From Lachnospiraceae bacterium UBA5899 (GTDB taxonomy: Bacteria; Bacillota; Clostridia; Lachnospirales; Lachnospiraceae): a stretch of 64,000 bases of DNA. The position numbers and the translations under genes are program-made. The stretch covers positions 20,834 to 84,833 of the forward strand of contig DJEL01000015.1 in NCBI GenBank assembly GCA_002432425.1, given 5' to 3'. Below, in pieces: positions 1-8,958 of the stretch; the stretch's first letter is position 1, and each line of letters opens with the position of its first letter. The notes beneath the pieces are model-generated. The model worked only from the letters and a program-made list of their open reading frames with translations, did not search any database and was not told where the DNA came from.

Positions 1-1479
1 GAAACGACGTTTGGCTATATGGGCTTTGCAAGACTTTCCATCATGGGGCTTAGTGAGGAAGGTATGCAGCCTTTCATGAAGGATGGAAGCATTTCCATCT
101 GCAACGGTGAAATATACGGTTTCAGAAGATTAAAGGAAGAACTGACGGCGCAGGGTTATAGCTTTGTGAGTGGTTCCGACTGTGAGATTTTACTTCCCAT
201 GTATGAAATGTACGGTCTGGAAATGTTTGCCCATCTGGATGCGGAATATGCCTGCGTTCTTTACGATGCAAAGACCGATAAGGTGATTGCGGCAAGAGAC
301 CCCATCGGTATCCGCCCGTTATTCTACGGCTATTCCAAGAGCGGTCACATTGCATTTGCCAGTGAGGCGATTGCCCTGATGGATCTGGTGGAAGAGGTTA
401 TGCCTTTCCCTCCCGGCAGCTATTACTATGACGGTAAATTTGTCAAATACGAAGAAATCGATAAGGTGCGCGGTTACATTCATGCGGATATGGATACCCT
501 CACCAAGGGCATTCACGACAAACTGACGGAGGGTGTCAGAAAGCGTCTGGATGCGGATGCTCCCATGGGATTTTTACTTTCCGGCGGTCTGGACTCCAGT
601 CTGGTATGCGCCATTGCGGCAAACATCTTAAAGAAACCCATCCGTACCTTTGCCATCGGTATGGATATCGACGCCATTGACTTAAAGTATGCGAAGGAAG
701 TAGCCGATTTCATCGGTGCCGACCATACGGAAGTCATCATGACAAAGGACGAAGTGCTGGCTTCCTTAAAGACGGTCATCAAGGCGCTTGCCACCTACGA
801 CATTACCACCATCCGTGCCAGCATGGGTATGTATCTGGTATGTAAGGCAATCCATGAAACCACCGACATCAAGGTGCTTCTCACCGGTGAAATTTCCGAC
901 GAACTGTTCGGTTATAAATATACGGACTTTGCTCCCAACGCACAGGAGTTCCAGAAGGAAGCGGAAAAGAGACTGCGTGAGCTTTACTTCTACGATGTGT
1001 TGCGTGCGGACAGATGCCTGGCTGCCAACAGCTTAGAGGCACGTGTTCCGTTCGGTGATCTGGACTTTGCCAGATTTGTCATGGCAATCGACCCGGTTAA
1101 AAAGATGAATACATACGGAAAAGGAAAATACCTGTTGAGAAAGGCTTTTGAAAAGGACGCCATTCTGCCGGAGGACATTCTCTGGAGAGAAAAGGCAGCC
1201 TTCAGTGATGCGGTAGGCCACAGCATGGTAGATGACCTGAAAGAATATGCAGAAGGACTTTACAGTGATGAAGAGTACGAAAAACTGCGTGCAAAATACG
1301 ATTTTGCACAGCCGTTCACCAAAGAAAGCCTTCTGTATCGAGAAATCTTTGAAGAGTTTTATCCCGGCCAGGCTCGTATGGTACCCGATTTCTGGATGCC
1401 GAACAAATCCTGGGAGGGCTGCAACGTAAACGACCCCAGCGCCAGAGTTCTTTCCAACTACGGCGACAGCGGTAAATAA
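1..1479 (+). CDS. asnB: asparagine synthase (glutamine-hydrolysing), 5' end cut by window edge
   Basis: Frame 1 is open from base 1 (ETTFGY precedes the Met at 19). GATase-II region (ICNGEIYGF, SDCEILLPMY, RDPIGIRPLFYG), then PP-loop SGGLDSS and the C-terminal synthase domain. Confidence 0.9.
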   Translation, partial: ETTFGYMGFARLSIMGLSEEGMQPFMKDGSISICNGEIYGFRRLKEELTAQGYSFVSGSDCEILLPMYEMYGLEMFAHLDAEYACVLYDAKTDKVIAARDPIGIRPLFYGYSKSGHIAFASEAIALMDLVEEVMPFPPGSYYYDGKFVKYEEIDKVRGYIHADMDTLTKGIHDKLTEGVRKRLDADAPMGFLLSGGLDSSLVCAIAANILKKPIRTFAIGMDIDAIDLKYAKEVADFIGADHTEVIMTKDEVLASLKTVIKALATYDITTIRASMGMYLVCKAIHETTDIKVLLTGEISDELFGYKYTDFAPNAQEFQKEAEKRLRELYFYDVLRADRCLAANSLEARVPFGDLDFARFVMAIDPVKKMNTYGKGKYLLRKAFEKDAILPEDILWREKAAFSDAVGHSMVDDLKEYAEGLYSDEEYEKLRAKYDFAQPFTKESLLYREIFEEFYPGQARMVPDFWMPNKSWEGCNVNDPSARVLSNYGDSGK

Positions 1480-2339
1480 TGCTTCAGGTTGGCAAGCACA
1501 TCCTCATGGATGTATAGCTTGCCGTAGCCGGTACCGAAGGAAAGTCCGGGTTTGTTTTCGCCGTGGAAATCGGAGCCGCCGCTGATGGCAAGACCGAATT
1601 TCTTCGCAATCGACTGGATTTTCCGGGTGTCGGAGGGCGTATAGGTGGAGTAAATGCCTTCGATGGCAAGAAGTCCGGCGTCTTTTAAGCGGGCAACCAG
1701 TGTTTCCAGTGCCTCATCCCCCATGTGATACAGGGTGGGGTGGGCAAGCACGGGAATGCCGCCGGCGGAAAGAATTAAGGAAACTGCCTGCTCCGGAGAA
1801 ATCTTTTCACGGGGCACAAAGCAGGGAGCGTGGTCGCCGAGATAGCGTTCAAACGCTTCCTTTAAGCTTTTTACATAGCCTTTTTCCATCATGTACTTGG
1901 CGTAATGGGCTCTCGTAATCACGGAGTCCGGGAAATGCGCCAGTAAATCTTCGTAGGAAACGTCAAAGCCGTATTCGGCAAGCTTTTCGCACATCTTATG
2001 GTTGCGGGTTTCCCGGGAGGCTAAGAAGGAAGCCACATGCTCCTTGAAAGCCTTGCTGTTTTCATCAATAAACAACCCTACAATATGGATATCCTTACCA
2101 TTATATTCCGAAGAAAGTTCAATCCCGGGAATGACTTCCACAGAAGCACCCTCGGGATTTTTCTCTGAAACGGTGCCGGAAAGAGCTTTGGCACACGAGA
2201 TGGCCTCCGACAGACCAGCAGTGGTGTCATGGTCTGTCAGGGCAAAAGCGGATATCCGATGTGTCAGGGCATATTCGACCAGCTCGGTGGGAGTAAAAGT
2301 ACCATCGGAGCAGGTGGAATGTACGTGTAAATCTACCAT
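1458..2339 (-). CDS. PHP-domain metal-dependent phosphoesterase (TrpH/YciV-like)
   Basis: N-terminal DLHVHSTCSDG and TDHDT motifs typical of the PHP family. ATG at 2339 overlaps the upstream TGA by 1 nt (TGATG); an alternative TTG start lies at 2342. The 3' end overlaps asnB convergently by 22 nt. Confidence 0.8.
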   Translation of the reverse strand: MVDLHVHSTCSDGTFTPTELVEYALTHRISAFALTDHDTTAGLSEAISCAKALSGTVSEKNPEGASVEVIPGIELSSEYNGKDIHIVGLFIDENSKAFKEHVASFLASRETRNHKMCEKLAEYGFDVSYEDLLAHFPDSVITRAHYAKYMMEKGYVKSLKEAFERYLGDHAPCFVPREKISPEQAVSLILSAGGIPVLAHPTLYHMGDEALETLVARLKDAGLLAIEGIYSTYTPSDTRKIQSIAKKFGLAISGGSDFHGENKPGLSFGTGYGKLYIHEDVLANLKHYLPLSP

Positions 2340-3973
2340 CAATCCTCATCCTCATCTGTTTTATTGTATACGGTACGTTTTCTTGCCATTTCATCGCTGG
2401 CAAGGTATTCGTCGTAAGTGGTAATCTTGTCAATCAGGCTGCCGTCCGGAAGTATTTCCATAATACGGTTGGCAGTGGTCTGCACAAATTGGTGGTCATG
2501 GCAGGCGAAAAGTTCTACGCCGCCGAACTTGATTAAACCGTTGTTTAAGGCGGTAATGGACTCCATGTCCAGGTGGTTGGTGGGCTCATCCAAAATCAGG
2601 CAGTTGGCGCCGCTTATCATCATCTTGGATAAGAGACATCTTACTTTTTCACCACCGGAAAGGATGCGGACTTTCTTCACACCGTCTTCGCCGGCAAACA
2701 ACATACGTCCTAAGAAGCCGCGGACATAAGTTACATCCTTGACGGGAGAGTAGCCGGTCAGCCAGTCGGCAATGGTCAGGTCGCAGTCAAATTCCTTGGT
2801 GTTGTCCTTGGGGAAGTACGCCTGGGAAGTGGTAATACCCCATTTGTAGCTGCCTTCGTCCGGCTCTAATTCACCGACTAAAATCTGGAACAGAGTGGTC
2901 TTTGCCAGTTCGTTGCCGCCGACAAAAGCAATTTTATCATCGTGTCCGACAATAAAGGAAATGTCGTTTAAGACCTTTACGCCGTTTACCGTCTTGGAAA
3001 GGTGCTCCACGCTTAAGACCTCGTTGCCGATTTCTCTGTCGGGACGGAAATCAATGTAAGGGTACTTACGGCTGGAAGGACGGATTTCGTCCAGTTCGAT
3101 TTTTTCAAGAGCACGTTTTCTGGCGGTAGCCTGTTTGGATTTGGAAGCGTTCGCGGAGAAACGGGAGATGAATTCCTGTAATTCCTTAATCTTTTCTTCT
3201 TTCTTCTTGTTGGCTTCCTTCATCTGCTTGATAAGGAGCTGGCTTGACTCGAACCAGAAATCGTAGTTGCCGGCATAGAGCTGGATTTTGCCGTAGTCGA
3301 TGTCCGCAATCTGGGTGCAGACTTTATTTAAGAAGTAACGGTCATGGGATACCACGATAACGGTGTTCTCAAAGTCGATTAAGAAGTCTTCGAGCCACTG
3401 GATAGCGTCTAAGTCCAGGTGGTTGGTCGGTTCGTCTAAAAGCAGGATGTCGGGGTTGCCGAACAGGGCCTTTGCCAGAAGAACCTTTACCTTTTCGTTA
3501 CCGTTTAAGTCCTTCATAACGGAGTAGTGCAGGGAGGTGTCGATGCCGAGGCCGTTTAACAGGGAGGCTGCATTGGACTCTGCTTCCCAGCCGTCCATTT
3601 CCGCAAATTCCGCTTCCAGTTCGCTGGCGCGGATACCGTCTTCATCGGTAAAATCCTCTTTGGCATAGATGGCATCCTTTTCCTTCATAATCTGGTAGAG
3701 ACGCTCATTTCCCATAATGACAAGGTCCAGTACGGTGTAGTCATCATATTTGAAATGGTCCTGCTCTAAGACGGAGAGACGCTGGCCGGGGGTGATGAAA
3801 ATTTCACCGTTTGTGGTGTCCAGTTCTCCTGACAAAATCTTTAGGAAGGTAGATTTGCCGGCACCGTTGGCACCGATTAAGCCGTAGCAGTTTCCTTCGG
3901 TAAACTTGATGTTGACGTCTTCAAATAACGCCTTTTTTCCTACACGGTAGGTGACATTGTTAGCACTAATCAT
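2339..3973 (-). CDS. ABC-F family ATPase (two NBDs, no TMD; translation-factor type)
   Basis: Two Walker A sites (GANGAGKST; GGNELAKTT, degenerate) and two LSGGEK signatures with a K/E-rich linker (KKKEEKIKELQEFISRF). GAGGA lies 8 nt upstream of the ATG. Confidence 0.85.
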   Translation of the reverse strand: MISANNVTYRVGKKALFEDVNIKFTEGNCYGLIGANGAGKSTFLKILSGELDTTNGEIFITPGQRLSVLEQDHFKYDDYTVLDLVIMGNERLYQIMKEKDAIYAKEDFTDEDGIRASELEAEFAEMDGWEAESNAASLLNGLGIDTSLHYSVMKDLNGNEKVKVLLAKALFGNPDILLLDEPTNHLDLDAIQWLEDFLIDFENTVIVVSHDRYFLNKVCTQIADIDYGKIQLYAGNYDFWFESSQLLIKQMKEANKKKEEKIKELQEFISRFSANASKSKQATARKRALEKIELDEIRPSSRKYPYIDFRPDREIGNEVLSVEHLSKTVNGVKVLNDISFIVGHDDKIAFVGGNELAKTTLFQILVGELEPDEGSYKWGITTSQAYFPKDNTKEFDCDLTIADWLTGYSPVKDVTYVRGFLGRMLFAGEDGVKKVRILSGGEKVRCLLSKMMISGANCLILDEPTNHLDMESITALNNGLIKFGGVELFACHDHQFVQTTANRIMEILPDGSLIDKITTYDEYLASDEMARKRTVYNKTDEDED

Positions 3974-4089
3974 TTTACAATCCTCATAATAGGCACTTTT
4001 GCGGGCAATTCCGCATAAATGCTGTGTTTTTTAGTTTTTAGGTCCGTATTCTATTATACATAAAGAAGTGTAATTTTCAAGGAATTTAT

Positions 4090-4118
4090 TTGACAGGGGC
4101 ACTTTAACGTGATAATAT
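4090..4118 (+). promoter_or_regulatory. sigma-A type promoter candidate for the amino-acid ABC operon
   Basis: TTGACA (4090-4095), 17-nt spacer, TAATAT (4113-4118). Confidence 0.5.
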
Positions 4119-4197
4119 GGCAGAGTGCTGATACATAAAAATGCGGGGCACAGGGATGGATTGTAGTTCCGCGTTCAGCGGAGAAAGTGAGGAGCTT

Positions 4198-4974
4198 ATG
4201 AAAAAGAAAATGAGTTTACTGGTGGCAGCATGTCTGGCACTGACACTGACGGCATGTGGTTCCAAGAGTGAAGGCAGGACCTTTACGGTCGGCTTCGATG
4301 CAGAGTTTCCCCCTTACGGATATATGGATGACAACGGGGAATATGTAGGTTTTGACCTGGACCTGGCAGAAGAAGTCTGCAAGAGAAACGGCTGGGAGCT
4401 TGTAAAGCGTCCCATCGACTGGAACTCCAAGGATATGGAGCTTACCAGCGGCAACATCGACTGCATCTGGAACGGTTTTACCATGAACGGCAGAGAGGAT
4501 GATTACACTTGGTCAGACCCTTATATTGACAACAGCCAGGTATTTGTAGTGGCAAAGGATTCCGGTATTGCCACAATGGCAGACCTTGCGGGCAAGGCAG
4601 TCGGCGTACAGGCAGACTCTTCCGCACTGAGTGCCTTAAACGAAGAAACAAACAGCGAACTGAAAGACAGCTTTGCAAGCCTGACCGAATATGCGGATTA
4701 CAACACCGCATTCATGGATTTGGAAGCAGGCGCACTGGATGCCGTAGCCATGGATATCGGTGTGGCAAATTACCAGATTGCTTCCCGCGGCGACGGCTAT
4801 GTCATCTTAGACGAGAAGTTATCTACCGAGCAGTATGCGGTTGGCTTCAAGCTTGGCAACGAAGAACTCCGTGACACCGTAAACAAGACCCTTCTTGAGA
4901 TGGTGGATGACGGCACCTTCATGAAGATTGCCGACAAATGGGGCGTAGCGGATACCGTCTGCTTAGGCAAATAA
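4198..4974 (+). CDS. amino-acid ABC transporter substrate-binding lipoprotein (family 3 SBP)
   Basis: MKKKMSLLVAACLALTLTACGS lipobox. GAGGAG lies upstream of ATG 4198, so the 4141 start is an unsupported extension. SBP_bac_3-like body (FTVGFDAEFPPYGY, IDCIWNGFT). Confidence 0.85.
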   Translation: MKKKMSLLVAACLALTLTACGSKSEGRTFTVGFDAEFPPYGYMDDNGEYVGFDLDLAEEVCKRNGWELVKRPIDWNSKDMELTSGNIDCIWNGFTMNGREDDYTWSDPYIDNSQVFVVAKDSGIATMADLAGKAVGVQADSSALSALNEETNSELKDSFASLTEYADYNTAFMDLEAGALDAVAMDIGVANYQIASRGDGYVILDEKLSTEQYAVGFKLGNEELRDTVNKTLLEMVDDGTFMKIADKWGVADTVCLGK

Positions 4975-5055
4975 GCAAAAGCAGTTTCGTAATAAAATAA
5001 CCTGAAAAAATAACCTGAAAGAACGATACGGCAGGGAAAGGGCAAGCGTGACAAT

Positions 5056-5706
5056 ATGAGTATACAGATGATTTTATTTCAATTAGCGAAAGGAATGCTG
5101 GTTTCTATTGAAATCTTTGCACTGACCCTGCTGTTTTCTTTGCCTTTGGGGCTGGTAGTTGCCTTTGGCAGAATGGCGAAAAACGTAGTGCTGAGGTCCG
5201 TGACGAAAGCGTACATATCCATCATGAGAGGTACCCCTCTGATGCTGCAGCTTCTCATTATCTATTTCGGACCTTCTATTCTGTTTAAGGTAAAAATCGG
5301 GCCCGGATACCGATTTGTTGCGGTTATTCTGGCATTCTCCATCAACTATGCCGCTTACTTTGCGGAGATTTACCGTTCCGGCATCGAGTCCATGCCGGTG
5401 GGGCAGTACGAAGCGGCAAAGGTGCTCGGTTACAACTGGGCGCAGACCTTTTTCAAGATTATCCTGCCGCAGGTAATCAAGCGGATTTTACCGTCCGTCA
5501 CAAACGAAATCATAACGCTGGTAAAGGATACATCTCTGGCGTTTGCCATTGCACAGGCGGAAATGTTTACCATTGCCAAGCAGATTGCGGCAAAGGAAAC
5601 TACGATTATGCCGCTTATGATTGCCGGCGTGTTCTATTACATTTTCAACCTGATTGTGGCGGTTGTAATGGAAAAAATCGAGAAAGCATTCGCATACTAT
5701 AAATAA
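5056..5706 (+). CDS. amino-acid ABC transporter permease (His/Glu/Gln/Arg/opine family)
   Basis: Multi-TM protein with an EAA-type loop (YEAAKVLGYNWAQTFFKIILPQ). Confidence 0.9.
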   Translation: MSIQMILFQLAKGMLVSIEIFALTLLFSLPLGLVVAFGRMAKNVVLRSVTKAYISIMRGTPLMLQLLIIYFGPSILFKVKIGPGYRFVAVILAFSINYAAYFAEIYRSGIESMPVGQYEAAKVLGYNWAQTFFKIILPQVIKRILPSVTNEIITLVKDTSLAFAIAQAEMFTIAKQIAAKETTIMPLMIAGVFYYIFNLIVAVVMEKIEKAFAYYK

Positions 5707-5718
5707 GGAGGTGGCCCC

Positions 5719-6462
5719 ATGAAATTATTGGAAATGAATCATGTAAAAAAAGGATTTGACGGTCACGGTGTTTTAAAGGACATCTCCTTAAGCGTGGAAA
5801 AGGGAGAGGTTGTTTCCATTATCGGACCTTCCGGTTCCGGTAAATCCACGTTGCTCCGCTGTGCCACCATGCTGGAAAAAATGGACGACGGCGAGCTTAT
5901 TTATTTAGGACAGAAGGTGACTGCCACATCCACTAAGGCGGAGCTTAAGAAAATAAGAAGCTGTTTCGGACTGGTGTTCCAGAACTTCAATCTGTTTCCC
6001 CATTACAATGTCATGAAAAACATTACGGATGCGTTAATCCATGTGGATAAAATCCCTAAGAAGGAAGCCGTGGAGCGTGCGGAAAAGCTTTTGGCGCAGC
6101 TGGGGCTTTCCGACAAGGCAGATGCCTATCCCTGCCAGCTTTCCGGCGGACAGCAACAGCGTGTTTCCATTGCAAGAGCCCTGGCAAAGCAGCCGCAGAT
6201 ACTGTTCTTTGACGAACCGACCTCCGCATTGGATCCGGAGCTTACCGCAGAAGTGCTTAAGGTTATCAGACAGCTTGCCAAAGAGCATATGACCATGGTA
6301 ATCGTAACCCATGAAATGAAATTTGCCAAAGAAGTTTCCGACCGCATTATCTTTATGGAAGAGGGCATCATCAAGGCGGAAGGAACACCGGACGAGCTTT
6401 TCTCTAAGGACAATGAAAGAGTCATGGAATTTATTGGACACTTATCGGAAGAAAGGGTATAA
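5719..6462 (+). CDS. amino-acid ABC transporter ATP-binding protein (GlnQ-like)
   Basis: Walker [10 protein letters not shown], signature LSGGQQQRV, Walker [13 protein letters not shown]. Confidence 0.9.
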   Translation: MKLLEMNHVKKGFDGHGVLKDISLSVEKGEVVSIIGPSGSGKSTLLRCATMLEKMDDGELIYLGQKVTATSTKAELKKIRSCFGLVFQNFNLFPHYNVMKNITDALIHVDKIPKKEAVERAEKLLAQLGLSDKADAYPCQLSGGQQQRVSIARALAKQPQILFFDEPTSALDPELTAEVLKVIRQLAKEHMTMVIVTHEMKFAKEVSDRIIFMEEGIIKAEGTPDELFSKDNERVMEFIGHLSEERV

Positions 6463-6497
6463 TGGGGGTATCAAGGTAAAAGAGAGGGTATGAATGA

Positions 6498-7868
6498 ATG
6501 TATGATGTAATTATTATCGGTGCGGGCCCCGGGGGCATCTTTTCGGCATATGAGCTGACAAAGCTTGACCCTGCTTTGAAAATCGCGGTTTTTGAAGGCG
6601 GTCATGCACTGGACAGGAGACACTGTCCCATTGACGGTGAGAAAATCAAAAGCTGCGTCAACTGCAAAAGCTGCTCCATTATGAGCGGGTTTGGCGGTGC
6701 CGGAGCTTTTTCTGATGGAAAATACAACATTACCAACGATTTCGGCGGCACACTGTACGAGTATATCGGCAAGGCAAAGGCGCTGGAGCTGATGAAGTAC
6801 GTGGACGCCATCAACATGTCCCACGGAGGCGAGGGCACGAAGCTGTATTCCACGGCGGGCTCCAAATTCAAGAAACTCTGCATGCAGAACAAATTAAATC
6901 TGCTGAATGCTTCCGTACGGCATTTAGGCACGGATATTAATTTTGTGGTGCTGGAAAACCTGTATGCGGAATTAAAGGAAAAGGCGGACTTTTTCTTTGA
7001 TACGCCGGTGAAAACCGTAAAGGCGACAGGGGACGGCTACGAAGTGGTCTGCGAAAACGGAACGTATACCTGTAAAAAGTGCATTATATCGGTGGGCAGA
7101 AGCGGCAGCAAGTGGATGGAGCAGGTGTGCCGGGATATGGAAATCCCCACAAAATCCAACCGCGTGGATATCGGCGTGCGCGTGGAGCTTCCCGCCGTTA
7201 TCTTTTCCCATCTGACGGACGAACTTTACGAGAGCAAGATTGTGTACCGTACGGAAAAGTTTGAAGACAACGTGAGAACGTTCTGCATGAACCCCTACGG
7301 CATCGTGGTAAACGAAAACACCAACGGCATTGTGACGGTAAACGGACACAGCTACGAGGACGAAAATTTACGGACGGAAAATACGAACTTTGCCCTGCTT
7401 GTGGCAAAGCATTTTTCGGAGCCTTTCCGGGACAGCAACGGCTACGGCGAAAGCATAGCACGGCTTTCCAACATGCTGGGCGGCGGTGTCATTGTGCAGC
7501 GGTTCGGCGATTTGGTGCGCGGACGACGGAGCAATGCCAAGAGAATAGAAGAAGGTCTGGTGCGTCCTACTCTGGCGGCGACGCCCGGGGATTTGAGCCT
7601 GGTGCTGCCGAAGCGTATATTGGACGGCATTATGGAAATGATTTATGCACTGGACAAAATTGCACCCGGAACGGCAAATGATGATACACTGCTTTACGGC
7701 GTGGAAGTTAAGTTCTATAATATGGAAGTGGAAATCGATGAACATCTGGAGACCCGTTACAAGGGACTGTATGTCATCGGTGACGGCAGCGGTATTACCC
7801 ACTCGCTTTCCCATGCCTCCGCAAGCGGCGTGTTTGTGGCAAGGGATATTGTGGAAGCGGAAGAGTAA
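6498..7868 (+). CDS. FAD-dependent oxidoreductase (COG2509-like, function unknown)
   Basis: N-terminal dinucleotide fold YDVIIIGAGPGG and C-terminal GLYVIGDGSG motif. Confidence 0.75.
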   Translation: MYDVIIIGAGPGGIFSAYELTKLDPALKIAVFEGGHALDRRHCPIDGEKIKSCVNCKSCSIMSGFGGAGAFSDGKYNITNDFGGTLYEYIGKAKALELMKYVDAINMSHGGEGTKLYSTAGSKFKKLCMQNKLNLLNASVRHLGTDINFVVLENLYAELKEKADFFFDTPVKTVKATGDGYEVVCENGTYTCKKCIISVGRSGSKWMEQVCRDMEIPTKSNRVDIGVRVELPAVIFSHLTDELYESKIVYRTEKFEDNVRTFCMNPYGIVVNENTNGIVTVNGHSYEDENLRTENTNFALLVAKHFSEPFRDSNGYGESIARLSNMLGGGVIVQRFGDLVRGRRSNAKRIEEGLVRPTLAATPGDLSLVLPKRILDGIMEMIYALDKIAPGTANDDTLLYGVEVKFYNMEVEIDEHLETRYKGLYVIGDGSGITHSLSHASASGVFVARDIVEAEE

Positions 7869-7891
7869 CCGACAGGAAGGCATGAGGAAAA

Positions 7892-8737
7892 ATGAAATTA
7901 GCGGCGGTAATTATGTTACTTGTGGTTTTGGGGCTCATGGTGCTGTATCTGTTTATGCTGATGCCCCGGATGCTACACAGACCGGACAAAACACCTTTTA
8001 TGGGCTGGCTGTATGCACACAGAGGGCTGCACGATAATGCGTCCGACGCACCGGAAAATTCCATGGCGGCATTTAAGAAGGCTGTGGAAGCCGGCTACGG
8101 CATAGAGCTGGACATCCAGCTTACCAAAGACAAAATCCCGGTTATCTTTCACGATTTCACTCTGGTGAGAATGTGCGGGGAGCCAGGCAAAATAGCGGAT
8201 TATACCTATGAGGAGCTGCAGAAGTTCCATTTGAAGGACAGCACGGAAAAAATTCCGGCGTTTGCGGATTTCTTAAAGCTGGTGGACGGAAAGGTGCCCT
8301 TTGTATTAGAGTACAAAATGCCGGGCAACAGCACGGAAATCTGCCGGATAGCGGACGGCATGCTGAAAGATTACAAGGGTGTTTACTGCATTGAGTCCTT
8401 TCATCCGCTGGTGCTTTTATGGTACAGGCAGCACAGAAGCCGCGTGATGCGCGGACAGCTTGCCGACAATTTTGTGAAGGACGGGGAAACAGCCCTGCCG
8501 GGGATTGCCTACTTTTTACTTCACAATATGCTGTTTGATTTTCTGGCAAAGCCGGACTTCATTGCATACAACCACAAATACTACAAGGATTTGTCCAGAC
8601 GCATCCTGCGTTATCTGTACGGCACGCTTTCCGTGGCGTGGACGATTAAAAGCGAGAAAGAACTGAAGGAGAGAAAAGAAGATTTCGACCTCTTTATCTT
8701 TGACAGCTTTGTCCCCAACCCGGCAACCGTAAAGTAA
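7892..8737 (+). CDS. membrane-anchored glycerophosphodiester phosphodiesterase family protein
   Basis: N-terminal TM helix, then the GDPD signature AHRGLHD..APENSMAAF...GIELDIQLTKDKIPVIFHD. Confidence 0.8.
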   Translation: MKLAAVIMLLVVLGLMVLYLFMLMPRMLHRPDKTPFMGWLYAHRGLHDNASDAPENSMAAFKKAVEAGYGIELDIQLTKDKIPVIFHDFTLVRMCGEPGKIADYTYEELQKFHLKDSTEKIPAFADFLKLVDGKVPFVLEYKMPGNSTEICRIADGMLKDYKGVYCIESFHPLVLLWYRQHRSRVMRGQLADNFVKDGETALPGIAYFLLHNMLFDFLAKPDFIAYNHKYYKDLSRRILRYLYGTLSVAWTIKSEKELKERKEDFDLFIFDSFVPNPATVK

Positions 8738-8842
8738 CGGCAATTTTTGCAGGAAGTTTATAAAAATAGACGAAAATCATAGATAAAATTTTAACAAAAT
8801 GCACAAAAGTGGATTTTGCCCTAAAGTTTTGAATTAAATATC

Positions 8843-8871
8843 TTGATATATTTCTGGCAAATTGATAAAAT
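8843..8871 (+). promoter_or_regulatory. extended -10 promoter candidate for ppdK
   Basis: TTGATA (8843-8848), 17-nt spacer containing TG, then TAAAAT (8866-8871). Confidence 0.5.
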
Positions 8872-8958
8872 GTATAGGAATTAAGCACAGAAGAGGCTTT
8901 TTTGGCTTTCTTTTTGTGCTTGAAATAGTTTCATAAATCTATAAAGGAGAAAACAAAC

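Noticed and set aside
4141-4197. Upstream in-frame extensions of track ORFs (4141, 12008, 15118, 16631, 23459, 23802, 40148, 41220, 44519, 51803, 57420, 60478, 61838)
   Set aside because: The extensions lack RBSs, run through terminators or hairpins, or overlap the preceding gene. Downstream starts give proper signal peptides, family N-termini and SD spacing.
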